This document shows positions 24,377 to 32,585 of a stretch of DNA of 50,311 nucleotides, one piece after another. Source of the DNA: Deltaproteobacteria bacterium (GTDB lineage Bacteria; Myxococcota_A; UBA9042; DTJE01); NCBI GenBank assembly GCA_037442805.1, contig JBBIPO010000006.1:1-50311 (forward strand), read 5' to 3'. Under the pieces are notes generated by a model, which was not told the DNA's origin, did not search any database, and was given only the letters and a program-made list of their open reading frames with translations. Made by a program: the position numbers and the translations under genes. Each line of letters begins with the position of its first letter. The first letter of the stretch is position 1.

Positions 24377-26176
24377 GTGGCCCAGATCGTAGTGCTTTCC
24401 GGGGACCGACCTCCCAGACGCCATCCGCTGTTCCGGCAGACGACCACGGTGGGGAGCGACGAGGCGTGCGACATCCCGCTCAAGGGAGCGGGGATTCGCC
24501 CCCTGCACGCCGAGATCCGCCTCGAGGGCAGCGTCCACGTCGTCATGCCCCTGGACCGGGATGCAGAAGTCCTGGTGAATGGCCGCAAGGTCAAGCAGGC
24601 GCGGCTCCAGGTGTGGGACGTCCTGCGCGTGGGTGCGGTGACGCTCCTGTACGCCTCCGACGACCTTCCGCTCGAGGCCCGCGACGTGTCCGAACGGCTA
24701 GCGTTCTCGCAACTCGAGTCCCTGTGCGACTTCAGTCGGCGCCTGATGGAGACCCGGGACCTTGACCGGGTGCTCGAGGTCCTGCTCGACGAGACGCTCG
24801 CCCTCACGAAGGCGTCGAAGGGTCTCCTGATCTTCGTGGAGCAGGGCGAGCCGCGCGTGAAGGTCGCCCGCAATGTGGACCGCAAGGACCTTCCCGAAGA
24901 CGAGGCGCTCTTCTCCGAGAGCATCGTGCAGAAGGCGCTCAAGGACGGGCAGCCGCAACTCGTTTCCGACGCGCTTCACAACAAGGAGTTCTCGGGGTGC
25001 ACCTCGGTGATCAACCTGCGCCTGGCCTCGGTCATGTGCGTGCCCCTCAAGGTCGGCGGCGAGACCCTGGGCGTCCTCTACCTCGGGACGGACCGCTTCC
25101 TGGACCTCTTCGACCACGTGATGCTGAAGACGCTGATGGTCTATGCGGCCCAGGCGGCCGTGATCGTCCAGCACGTCCAGTTCCTTGAGTCCCTCGAGCG
25201 GGACAACGCCCGACTCAAAGAGGATCTGAAGGCATCGCGCTTCGGCTCGCTGATCGGGTCGTGCCCGGGGATGCAGGAGGTCTTCAACCGCATCCGGCGC
25301 GTGGCCCCGACCGACGTCCCGGTCCTGATCCTGGGCGAGACCGGGACCGGCAAGGAACTGGTCGCCCGCGAGATCCACGCCCGTAGCCCGCGCTCGGACG
25401 GTCCGTTCGTGGCGATCAACTGCGGCGCGATCCCCGACAACCTCCTCGAGAGCGAGTTGTTCGGCCACGTGCGCGGGGCCTTTACCGGGGCCGTGTCCAC
25501 GACCATCGGCAAGTTTCAGGCGGCCACGGGAGGGACCCTGTTCCTGGACGAGATTGGCGAGCTCCCAATGCCCCTCCAGGTGAAACTGCTGCGCGTCCTC
25601 CAGGACGGGCAGGTCTGCCGCGTGGGGAGCAATCGCCCGGAGCGCGTGGACGTGCGCATCGTCGCGGCGACCAACAAGGACCTGCAGGCCGAGGTACGAG
25701 CCGCCCGGTTCCGGGAAGACCTGTACTACCGCGTCTGCGTCGTGTCCGTCACGCTCCCCCCTCTGCGCGAGCGCGGCGACGACATCGAGATTCTCGCCCA
25801 GTACTTCCTGAACCGCTTCGCCAGGGAACTCGAATCGCCGGCCCGTGGCTTCACGCCCGAGGCGATGCAGGCCATGAAGAAGTACCGCTGGCCGGGCAAC
25901 ATCCGGGAACTCGAGAACCGCCTGCGCAAGGCGGTCCTCTTCGCGGACCGCCCGCAGATCCGGCTGGCGAACCTGGAACTGCCCGAGCGGGACGGTGCCG
26001 AGGAGGAGGTCCTCCCCCTGGTCGTGGCCCGCGAGCGCTTCGAGCGGGAGTACGTGCTGTCGGCGCTGCGGCGCAACCACGGCAATCGCACGAAGACGGC
26101 CCGGGACCTCGGGGTGGACCCCAGGACGATCTTCCGCTACCTGGAACGCGAGCGAGAGGCAGGGCGGGACCTCTGA
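24377..26176 (+). CDS. Sigma-54-dependent transcriptional activator (bacterial enhancer-binding protein) with FHA and GAF sensor domains and a Fis-type HTH
   Basis: GTG at 24377 has GAGAGG upstream. The N-terminal FHA pattern is ..[31 protein letters not shown]... The central AAA+ core has [30 protein letters not shown] (GAFTGA loop), LFLDEIGE and [12 protein letters not shown]. The C-terminal part ..[20 protein letters not shown].. is the HTH. Confidence 0.93.
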   Translation: MAQIVVLSGDRPPRRHPLFRQTTTVGSDEACDIPLKGAGIRPLHAEIRLEGSVHVVMPLDRDAEVLVNGRKVKQARLQVWDVLRVGAVTLLYASDDLPLEARDVSERLAFSQLESLCDFSRRLMETRDLDRVLEVLLDETLALTKASKGLLIFVEQGEPRVKVARNVDRKDLPEDEALFSESIVQKALKDGQPQLVSDALHNKEFSGCTSVINLRLASVMCVPLKVGGETLGVLYLGTDRFLDLFDHVMLKTLMVYAAQAAVIVQHVQFLESLERDNARLKEDLKASRFGSLIGSCPGMQEVFNRIRRVAPTDVPVLILGETGTGKELVAREIHARSPRSDGPFVAINCGAIPDNLLESELFGHVRGAFTGAVSTTIGKFQAATGGTLFLDEIGELPMPLQVKLLRVLQDGQVCRVGSNRPERVDVRIVAATNKDLQAEVRAARFREDLYYRVCVVSVTLPPLRERGDDIEILAQYFLNRFARELESPARGFTPEAMQAMKKYRWPGNIRELENRLRKAVLFADRPQIRLANLELPERDGAEEEVLPLVVARERFEREYVLSALRRNHGNRTKTARDLGVDPRTIFRYLEREREAGRDL

Positions 26177-26184
26177 CGGAATCC

Positions 26185-26856
26185 ATGACACGGAAGTCCG
26201 GGTCTCGACAAGGGTGCGGGGCGGGCTGGCGGGGCGGTTGCCCAGGATCTCCATCATTTCCGGTAGTTATCGGCTTCCCTGCTCTGGTACGGCCCTTGCA
26301 GACGATCCGCCGCGGAGTCCGGCCGCGCGCGGGGACGCGGGCGGCCGGGGCGCGGGCGGACCGGCTCGGAGGATGGTCCTGGCTGGCCGTACTCGCGGCA
26401 TGGGCAGGCGCGGGGTGCCTATGGTCGCCCGACATCCGCGAGAAACCGGAGAGCCGATTTCCTCCCACCATCGAGAGGGCCCTGGTCAGTCCGTCCCCGG
26501 ACCAGGCCGTCGTCCTGACCAACCAGCCGCAGGCCTTCTCGGTCGAGGGGGCGGTGACGGACCCGGACGACGACGTGGAGACGCTCCAGTACGTCTGGTT
26601 TCTGGATTGGCCCCAGAACTGCGAGCCGGGCCAGTGCTACGGGCCGTTTTATTTCCCCGGCCGCGGGGCGAACCAGAAACTGACGGTGAACCCATGCGGT
26701 TTGTTCAAGAAATATCTCGAAACGGATACCTATCACCTGCTGGAGTTGATCGTGACCGACGGGGAGGTCCGGATCGATGTCGAGAAGGGGCGGACCGTGA
26801 CCGGAGGGCACGCGTACGTGGCCTGGTGGCTGGAGAATCGGCTGGCATGTCCGTGA
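26185..26856 (+). CDS. Putative lipoprotein of unknown function; start codon unresolved
   Basis: The frame has real-protein composition from about 26365 onward. A lipobox-like ..WLAVLAAWAGAGC is followed by ..SPDIREKPESRFPPTIERALVSPSPDQ..YVWFLDWPQNCEPGQCYGPFYF... The only canonical in-frame starts are ATG at 26185 and TTG at 26296, which leave 78 and 41 residues before the Cys. Confidence 0.55.
   Translation: MTRKSGSRQGCGAGWRGGCPGSPSFPVVIGFPALVRPLQTIRRGVRPRAGTRAAGARADRLGGWSWLAVLAAWAGAGCLWSPDIREKPESRFPPTIERALVSPSPDQAVVLTNQPQAFSVEGAVTDPDDDVETLQYVWFLDWPQNCEPGQCYGPFYFPGRGANQKLTVNPCGLFKKYLETDTYHLLELIVTDGEVRIDVEKGRTVTGGHAYVAWWLENRLACP
26285..26300 (+). promoter_or_regulatory. Candidate sigma-54 (-24/-12) promoter element TGGTAC-GGCCC-TTGCA
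   Basis: It matches TGGYAC-N5-TTGCW with correct GG-N10-GC spacing, lies about 110 nt downstream of the sigma-54 activator gene, and is in the same orientation as the two lipoprotein genes. It conflicts with the canonical in-frame start codons of the first lipoprotein ORF (see findings). Confidence 0.4.
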
Positions 26857-28694
26857 CAAGGGCGACAGGGGTCCTGGCCTGGTTCCTGGCGACGGTTGCC
26901 GCCTGCTCGGGCGGGGGTGGACCCGGTGGGACCGGGGCCTTGCCGGCGGACCAGGACGCGGCCGCGCCCGGGGCGAGCGCGGGCGCACCGAAGGCCGTGG
27001 GGTGCACGGCCGACGCCGACTGTGGACCCGGGAAAGGCTGCGCCGATGGGATGTGCTGGCCACTCGCGCACGAGGGCCTGACGTACTCCGTGATCGTGAC
27101 CCCCCCCGCGGGGAGCGACCTGATCGCGGACCAGTTCGCGGGCGTGAGCGTGGCGGCCGGGGGGACCCTGGACCTGACCGTGACGGAGCCGGTCGTGGTC
27201 CGGGGCATCGTGGCGTTCATGCCGGAACTGGACGGCGTGGCCGGGGAGGCGGCATCCGGGACCCTCGAACCTGTCGGGGGGCTCCTGGTCGCCACGGCGG
27301 ATGGCCTCGTTCCAGGGGTCCCCTTCCGGTCCGAGGCCTCCGTTCAGGCCCGACAGAAGGTGGGCGAAGACTGGACGTTTTCCCTGCGCCTGATCCCTGG
27401 ACTGTCGTACGCGGTGACCTTCATCCCCTCCGACGACCCGGCGAGAGGCGCGCTCGCGCAACTCCCGACCTACACGTTTTCCGCGCAATTCTCGCAGTCC
27501 GAGTCCGGGTTCCAGGTCCTGATTCCCTCGAAACACGAGTACCTCGCGGCCTCGGTGGTGGGCGTGGTGACCCTCGACGAGGCCGGGACGGAACCGGTGC
27601 GGGGGGCGAGGGTCTCGACGGTGGGCGTGGGGATGAAGGGGACCACGGCGGTCACGGACGACAAGGGCGTGTTCCGGGTCGTCGCGCCGCCCGGCGCGGG
27701 GCCCCTGACCTTGAGGGTCGAGCCCGGCAAGGGGCTGCCGCCGTTTCCCGTGCGGGAGTTCGTATACGCGAGCGGGGTCCAGGAACTGATGTCCGAGGCG
27801 ACGCCGAGGTTCGTCGTCGGTCCCGTTCCGCCCCTGCGCGAGGTCCTGGTCCAGGTCTTCGCCGTGGAGGGCCAGGCCCTGCTCCCTGTCCCTCAGGCGC
27901 GGGTCGAGGCCGACGGTCAGGCTGGCGGCGGAACGGCCTCCGGGTATTCGGTGACCGGCGGGGACGGGGTCGCGAGGCTGTCGTTGCTCGAGGGCGTGTA
28001 CGCCCTCGCGGTGCTCCCACCGGAGGGGTCCCCTTACGCGGCCCGCATGAGCACGCTCGACCTGTCGGCGAACCAGGACACGACCGTGTTCCATGTCCCT
28101 TTGTCCCGGCGCGCGAGGGTCGTAGGTCGAGTCGTGCGGGACGACGATGGTGCGCCCGTCTCGGGCGCGGTCGTGACCCTCCAGAGCCATCGGATCACAG
28201 CCTTCGAGGGGACCGCGCTCGCGTCGTACGAGGTCACGGCGAGCGCGGTGACCGCGGACGACGGGGTGTTCGAGATGGTCCTGGACCCCGGCGTGTACGC
28301 GATGACTGTGATCCCGCCGGCCTCCACCGGGCTTGCGCGGTTCGGACAGCCGGAGGTGGACCTGAGCGGCGGCGACGCCCAGGTCACGGTGCGACTGGTG
28401 GGCGGGGCCCTGGTGCGGGGGAGCGTTTTCGCCGGGGGCACGGGGGCTCTCGTGGTGGGGGCCGAGGTCCAGCTCGTCTTCGAAGTGGAACAGGCGGACG
28501 GGGCGCCGACCTTCGTGGGCACGGTGTTCGGATCGGCCGTCCAGACCGCGGGCACCGCGATCACCGGGCCCGGAGGTCGCTTCGCCGTGATCGTCCCGGA
28601 CACGCGGACCCGCGCGGACTTCGAGGACGGTTCCGACCAGGGCGGGGCGGGATTCGGGCTCCCCGCCGTGGAGGTCCTGCCGACCTCACCCTGA
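26847..28694 (+). CDS. Lipoprotein with repeated carboxypeptidase-regulatory-like (CarboxypepD_reg / Ig-like beta-sandwich) domains
   Basis: ATG at 26847 overlaps the upstream stop by 10 nt. Signal and lipobox are MSVTRATGVLAWFLATVAAC. Repeated segments of the type ..V.G.V.D..G.PV.GA.V.......T.DDG.F......G.Y.L.V.P.. occur (e.g. RVVGRVVRDDDGAPVSGAVVTLQS..TADDGVFEMVLDPGVYAMTVIPP). The 899-aa ORF on the track has a spurious N-terminal extension. Confidence 0.7.
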   Translation: MSVTRATGVLAWFLATVAACSGGGGPGGTGALPADQDAAAPGASAGAPKAVGCTADADCGPGKGCADGMCWPLAHEGLTYSVIVTPPAGSDLIADQFAGVSVAAGGTLDLTVTEPVVVRGIVAFMPELDGVAGEAASGTLEPVGGLLVATADGLVPGVPFRSEASVQARQKVGEDWTFSLRLIPGLSYAVTFIPSDDPARGALAQLPTYTFSAQFSQSESGFQVLIPSKHEYLAASVVGVVTLDEAGTEPVRGARVSTVGVGMKGTTAVTDDKGVFRVVAPPGAGPLTLRVEPGKGLPPFPVREFVYASGVQELMSEATPRFVVGPVPPLREVLVQVFAVEGQALLPVPQARVEADGQAGGGTASGYSVTGGDGVARLSLLEGVYALAVLPPEGSPYAARMSTLDLSANQDTTVFHVPLSRRARVVGRVVRDDDGAPVSGAVVTLQSHRITAFEGTALASYEVTASAVTADDGVFEMVLDPGVYAMTVIPPASTGLARFGQPEVDLSGGDAQVTVRLVGGALVRGSVFAGGTGALVVGAEVQLVFEVEQADGAPTFVGTVFGSAVQTAGTAITGPGGRFAVIVPDTRTRADFEDGSDQGGAGFGLPAVEVLPTSP

Positions 28695-28767
28695 AGGTTT
28701 CGTCGCGGGCGGTCATCGGCTACAATCGGCGCGTTTTCGCGGCGGGAGTCCGCGGTCGGAGGTCGGC

Positions 28768-29781
28768 ATGGGGTCCAGGGAGCTCGTCGTGGCCGTGGTC
28801 GGGGCCACGGGCGTCGTCGGTCGCGAGTTCCTTCTGATCCTCGAGGAGCGGCAGTTTCCCGTCTCGGAAGTGCGGCTGTACGCGTCGGGCCGTTCCGCGG
28901 GCGAGGCGCTGTTGTTTCGGGGACGGGAGGTGGTCGTCCAGAACCTGGCCCAGGCGGACTTCAAGGGGGTGGATCTCGTCCTGTCGTCGCCCGGGGCCGC
29001 GGTCAGCCGGGAGTTCGCGCCGCGCGCCGTGGCCGCCGGGGCCGTGGTCGTGGACAACTCGAGCGCCTTCCGGATGGAACCCGACGTCCCCCTGGTCGTC
29101 CCCGAGGTGAACCCGGAGGCGGCACGCCGGCATCGCGGAATCATCGCGAACCCGAACTGCTCGACCATCCAGCTGGTCGTGGTTCTGTGGCCGATTCACC
29201 GGGCCTTCGGGCTGCGGCGGGTCGTGGTCTCGACCTACCAGGCCGTGAGCGGCGCGGGCCACAAGGCGATGGAAGAACTGATGTCCCAGTGCGTGGCCCT
29301 CCTGAACCAGAGGCCGGTGCGGATCGAGAAGTTCCCCCACCAGATTGCCTTCAACGTACTGCCCCACATTGACGTCTTCGAAGAGGACGGCTCGACGCGC
29401 GAGGAGGCCAAGGTCGTCCGGGAATCGCGCAAGATCATGGGGTTGCCAGACCTGCGCATCGTGGTGACGGCGGTCCGCGTGCCGGTGATGAACGGGCATT
29501 CCGAGGCCGTGTACGTTGAGACCGAGCGTCCGTGTTCGCCCCAGGCCGTGCGCGAGGTCCTGGCCGCGGCCCCGGGCCTCGTAGTGTACGACGACCCGGC
29601 CGAGGCCGCGTATCCCATGCCGCTGCTCGCGTCCGGGCGCGACGAGGTGTTCGTCGGGCGCATCCGGCGGGACGCCAGCGTCGAGAACGGGGTGGCCCTG
29701 TGGGTCTGCGCGGACAACCTGCGGAAGGGCGCGGCCCTGAACGCGGTCCAGATCGCGGAGGTGCTCGAACGGGGAGGATGA
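28768..29781 (+). CDS. asd: Aspartate-semialdehyde dehydrogenase
   Basis: 337 aa. Conserved blocks: ..VAVVGATGVVGREFL.. (NADP fold), ..IANPNCSTIQLV.. (active-site Cys), ..STYQAVSGAG.., ..RVPVMNGHSEAV... Confidence 0.95.
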   Translation: MGSRELVVAVVGATGVVGREFLLILEERQFPVSEVRLYASGRSAGEALLFRGREVVVQNLAQADFKGVDLVLSSPGAAVSREFAPRAVAAGAVVVDNSSAFRMEPDVPLVVPEVNPEAARRHRGIIANPNCSTIQLVVVLWPIHRAFGLRRVVVSTYQAVSGAGHKAMEELMSQCVALLNQRPVRIEKFPHQIAFNVLPHIDVFEEDGSTREEAKVVRESRKIMGLPDLRIVVTAVRVPVMNGHSEAVYVETERPCSPQAVREVLAAAPGLVVYDDPAEAAYPMPLLASGRDEVFVGRIRRDASVENGVALWVCADNLRKGAALNAVQIAEVLERGG

Positions 29782-29897
29782 CCGTTTGGCCGGACGCACG
29801 AGGGATGCGTGGACAAAATGACACGCGGGGGGCGGTCCATCGGGCGGTCGCATCGGCGAGCGGCCCACGCCTGGCGCGCGCGAGAGGGTTCGCGCCG

Positions 29898-29913
29898 TGG
29901 CACGATCATTGCT
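29898..29913 (+). promoter_or_regulatory. Sigma-54 promoter: TGGCAC-GATCA-TTGCT, a consensus -24/-12 element
   Basis: This is an exact match to TGGCACG-N4-TTGCW. It lies 52 nt upstream of the GTG at 29965, and the GGAGG RBS at 29951-29955 lies between the predicted transcription start (about 29924) and that start codon. A sigma-54 activator gene sits 3.7 kb upstream. Confidence 0.75.
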
Positions 29914-29964
29914 TGGCCAGACCGCCGGAGCCGCGCCTGGACCTTGAATCGGAGGTCGTCATTC

Positions 29965-31104
29965 GTGAGCGATAGCAGAAAGACCCGATGGGGCCTGTGG
30001 GTCCGAGGGATGTTCGCGGTCGGACTGGTCGTGGTCACGCGTCCCCTCCTCGCCGACATCAGCGGGTTCCAGTTCAATGGAATCGACCCGGTCGGCGGCG
30101 TGGACTTGAACGACCGCATCGGAAAGACGTCAGCATCGAGCGACCACCGGATCAACATCGAGGACTGCAAGGCGTACACAGGCAGTTCCATCGAGATCAT
30201 GTGGTCGCTGACCCGCGTCCCCACGTCCGGGACGAAGTACGCGGTGAAGATGAGCAAGCCGGGGGGCTCGTGCTCCACGTCGAGCCTGAGCGACCTCGGT
30301 GGATCATGCTACGAAGAATTTCTGGTGTCCGAAAAAACGCTCGAGACTTATACCAACGTGAAGTTTTCCGTGCCTCTGGACCCGTTGATGGGCGGGGATT
30401 GCAACGCGGGCACGGACAAGGTCACGAACATCTATATCATGCTGGACGAAGCGGGGATCGTCAGTTCGCAGACCATCGCGTTTCGCGTGGACCTCCAGCC
30501 CCCGAAGGCCCCGACCATGGACGAGCCGAAGGAGGGGGACCAGAACGTCCTCGTCACGTGGACGGACTCAGCCAACGCGGACGAGACGGGCCTCCGGTAC
30601 CGGGTCTACTGGAGCGCGAGCCCCTTCGATGACTCGAACCGCTCCGAGGCCAGCCGGTCGGACGCGGTCACCGGAAAATCCTACCGGGTGTCAGGGCTCG
30701 ACAACGGCGTCGAGTACTGGTTCGGCGTCGTCGCCGTGGACGAGAACGACAACGAGAGCCCACTGTCCGCGGTGACGAGCGCGATGCCGGTGCCGTCGTA
30801 CGACTTGTTCGAATATTACAAGGAGGCAGGAGGCCGCGAATCCGGGGGGTTCTGCTTCATCGCCACCGCGGCGTACGGGAGCCCGATGGCCCGGGACGTC
30901 GTGACCCTTCGCCAGTTCCGGGACCGGGTCCTGATGCGTTCCTGGGTCGGCCGGTCGTTCGTGACGCTTTACTACGCGCTGAGTCCGGCGCTGGCGCGAG
31001 CGATCGAGGGGCGCGACGACCTAAAGGCCGCGACCCGGGGCCTCCTGTGGCCCCTGGTGCAGGCGGCGCGCCTGTTTGTTCCAGAGGGCGGGGACGCGCG
31101 ATGA
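29965..31104 (+). CDS. Secreted surface protein: N-terminal unknown domain, a fibronectin type III domain, and a C-terminal CFIATAAYGS-type (CFI-box-like) module
   Basis: GTG at 29965 has GGAGG 9 nt upstream and is in frame with the longer track ORF starting at 29809. Signal-like segment is WGLWVRGMFAVGLVVVTRPLLA. The FN3 pattern is ..PPKAPTMDEPKEGDQNVLVTWTDS..YRVYWSA..YRVSGLDNGVEYWFGVVAVDENDNESP... The C-terminus is GGFCFIATAAYGSPMARDVVTLRQFRDRVL..FVTLYYALSPALA... Confidence 0.75.
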   Translation: MSDSRKTRWGLWVRGMFAVGLVVVTRPLLADISGFQFNGIDPVGGVDLNDRIGKTSASSDHRINIEDCKAYTGSSIEIMWSLTRVPTSGTKYAVKMSKPGGSCSTSSLSDLGGSCYEEFLVSEKTLETYTNVKFSVPLDPLMGGDCNAGTDKVTNIYIMLDEAGIVSSQTIAFRVDLQPPKAPTMDEPKEGDQNVLVTWTDSANADETGLRYRVYWSASPFDDSNRSEASRSDAVTGKSYRVSGLDNGVEYWFGVVAVDENDNESPLSAVTSAMPVPSYDLFEYYKEAGGRESGGFCFIATAAYGSPMARDVVTLRQFRDRVLMRSWVGRSFVTLYYALSPALARAIEGRDDLKAATRGLLWPLVQAARLFVPEGGDAR

Positions 31105-31823
31105 CGGAGGCGGCTGTGAAACCATCTCTCGCGTTTTCCGGGTTCGTGGTCGCCCTGCTCGTCGCCGGTCGGACGTGGGCCGAATCGCCGCGGGACATGG
31201 TCCTCGAAATCAAGTTCGGTCCGTTCCGTCCCTCCATTGATTCGGAGTTTAGGGGCCAGGCCAGCCCGTACAAGGACGTCATGGGGGGCGGGAGCGTCCT
31301 GATGACGCAGGTCGAGTACGAGTACGAGTTCTACAATCGCGTCGGGGTGGTCGCGGTCGGGGCATCGCTCGGGTACGCGCGGGACAAGGGAAAGGCGCGA
31401 CTCGCGGACGGGCAGGCGTCCAACGATTCGACGACGTTCCACCTGGTCCCGCTGTCCTTGTCGGCGGTCTATCGCTTCGATTATCTGGCGCAGGCTTTCC
31501 GCATTCCGTTCGTGCCTCACGTCAAGGCCGGGTTCGATTACTACCTCTGGTGGATCACCAACGCGGTGGGGAGCGTGGCCCGGGCCAGGGACGGGTCCGT
31601 GGGGCAGGGCGGGACCTTCGGGGGACACGTCACGTTCGGCCTCGCGTTCCACATGGACTTCCTGTCCCCGGACATGGCCCAGACCTTCGACGCCGACGTC
31701 GGCGTCAACAACACCTATCTGTTCGCGGAATACGTCCTGTCCTGGGTCAACGACTTCGGGTCTTCCCACAGTCTTGACCTGTCCTCGCGCACCTTCCTGT
31801 TCGGGATCGCCTTCGAGTTTTGA
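31101..31823 (+). CDS. Outer-membrane beta-barrel protein, translationally coupled to the FN3/CFI-box protein. From memory it resembles the MXAN_2562-type OMP family of Myxococcota.
   Basis: ATG at 31101 overlaps the upstream stop as ATGA. Signal peptide is MTEAAVKPSLAFSGFVVALLVAGRTWA. Alternating beta-strand pattern, and a C-terminal ..FLFGIAFEF with terminal Phe. Confidence 0.7.
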   Translation: MTEAAVKPSLAFSGFVVALLVAGRTWAESPRDMVLEIKFGPFRPSIDSEFRGQASPYKDVMGGGSVLMTQVEYEYEFYNRVGVVAVGASLGYARDKGKARLADGQASNDSTTFHLVPLSLSAVYRFDYLAQAFRIPFVPHVKAGFDYYLWWITNAVGSVARARDGSVGQGGTFGGHVTFGLAFHMDFLSPDMAQTFDADVGVNNTYLFAEYVLSWVNDFGSSHSLDLSSRTFLFGIAFEF

Positions 31824-32585
31824 ATGGGCGCGCGGAGGCCAGGGGACAGCGGAGTCGCCGTGGTCATCCCGGCCTACGAGGCCGACGGCAGGCTCTCGCG
31901 CACCCTGTCCCGCGTCCCGGAGTGGGTCACGGTCCGCATCGTGGTGGACGACGGGTCCGCGACCCCGGTCCGCCTGCCGCCCGCTTTGCCCCCCGTAGTC
32001 GTGGTCCGCCACGACCGGAACCTCGGGGTCGGGGCCGCGATCCTGACCGGCTATCGGGAGGCGCGGCGGCTCGGGGCCCGGGTCGCGGCGGTCATGGCGG
32101 CGGACGGGCAGATGGACCCGGACGACCTCGCCAACGTGGTCGCCCCGGTCCTGGAGGGCCGCGCCGACTACGTGACCGGGGACCGTCTGTCCCATCCCGA
32201 CTGCCCGCGGGTCATGCCGCTCGTTCGCCGGCTCGGCAACCTCGGGTTGACCTTTCTGACCCGGCTCGTGACCGGGCGCTGGGACCTGATGGACTCCCAG
32301 TGCGGGTATTCGGCCCTCGACCTCGGCCTTCTGGAGCGCCTTCCTCTCGACTGGGTCTATCCTCGGTACGGGTTTCCGAACGACCTGCTCGCCGCGGTCG
32401 TCGGGGCCGGGGGACGGGTCGCGCAGGTCACGGTCCGCCCGATCTATGCCGGCGAACCGTCGCGCATCCGGCCGGTCGTGGCCCTCTGGGTCTATCCGTT
32501 GGTGATCGCGAGGGGCCTCGCGGTGCGGGCCGTCGCGTGGGCGCGGGCGAGGAGGTCGGGGCCAGGGGAGCCATGCGCGTCCTGA
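31824..32585 (+). CDS. Family 2 glycosyltransferase (dolichyl/polyprenyl-phosphate sugar synthase-like)
   Basis: ATG follows immediately after the OMP stop (TGAATG). GT2 motifs: ..VAVVIPAYEA.., ..VVDDGSAT.., ..AADGQMDPDD... Confidence 0.8.
   Translation: MGARRPGDSGVAVVIPAYEADGRLSRTLSRVPEWVTVRIVVDDGSATPVRLPPALPPVVVVRHDRNLGVGAAILTGYREARRLGARVAAVMAADGQMDPDDLANVVAPVLEGRADYVTGDRLSHPDCPRVMPLVRRLGNLGLTFLTRLVTGRWDLMDSQCGYSALDLGLLERLPLDWVYPRYGFPNDLLAAVVGAGGRVAQVTVRPIYAGEPSRIRPVVALWVYPLVIARGLAVRAVAWARARRSGPGEPCAS

Noticed and set aside
25995-26846. N-terminal 284 aa of the 899-aa ORF 25995..28694
   Set aside because: The R/G/P-rich reading overlaps the 3' end of the sigma-54 activator gene and the first lipoprotein gene. 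The genuine protein starts at ATG 26847 with a signal peptide and lipobox.
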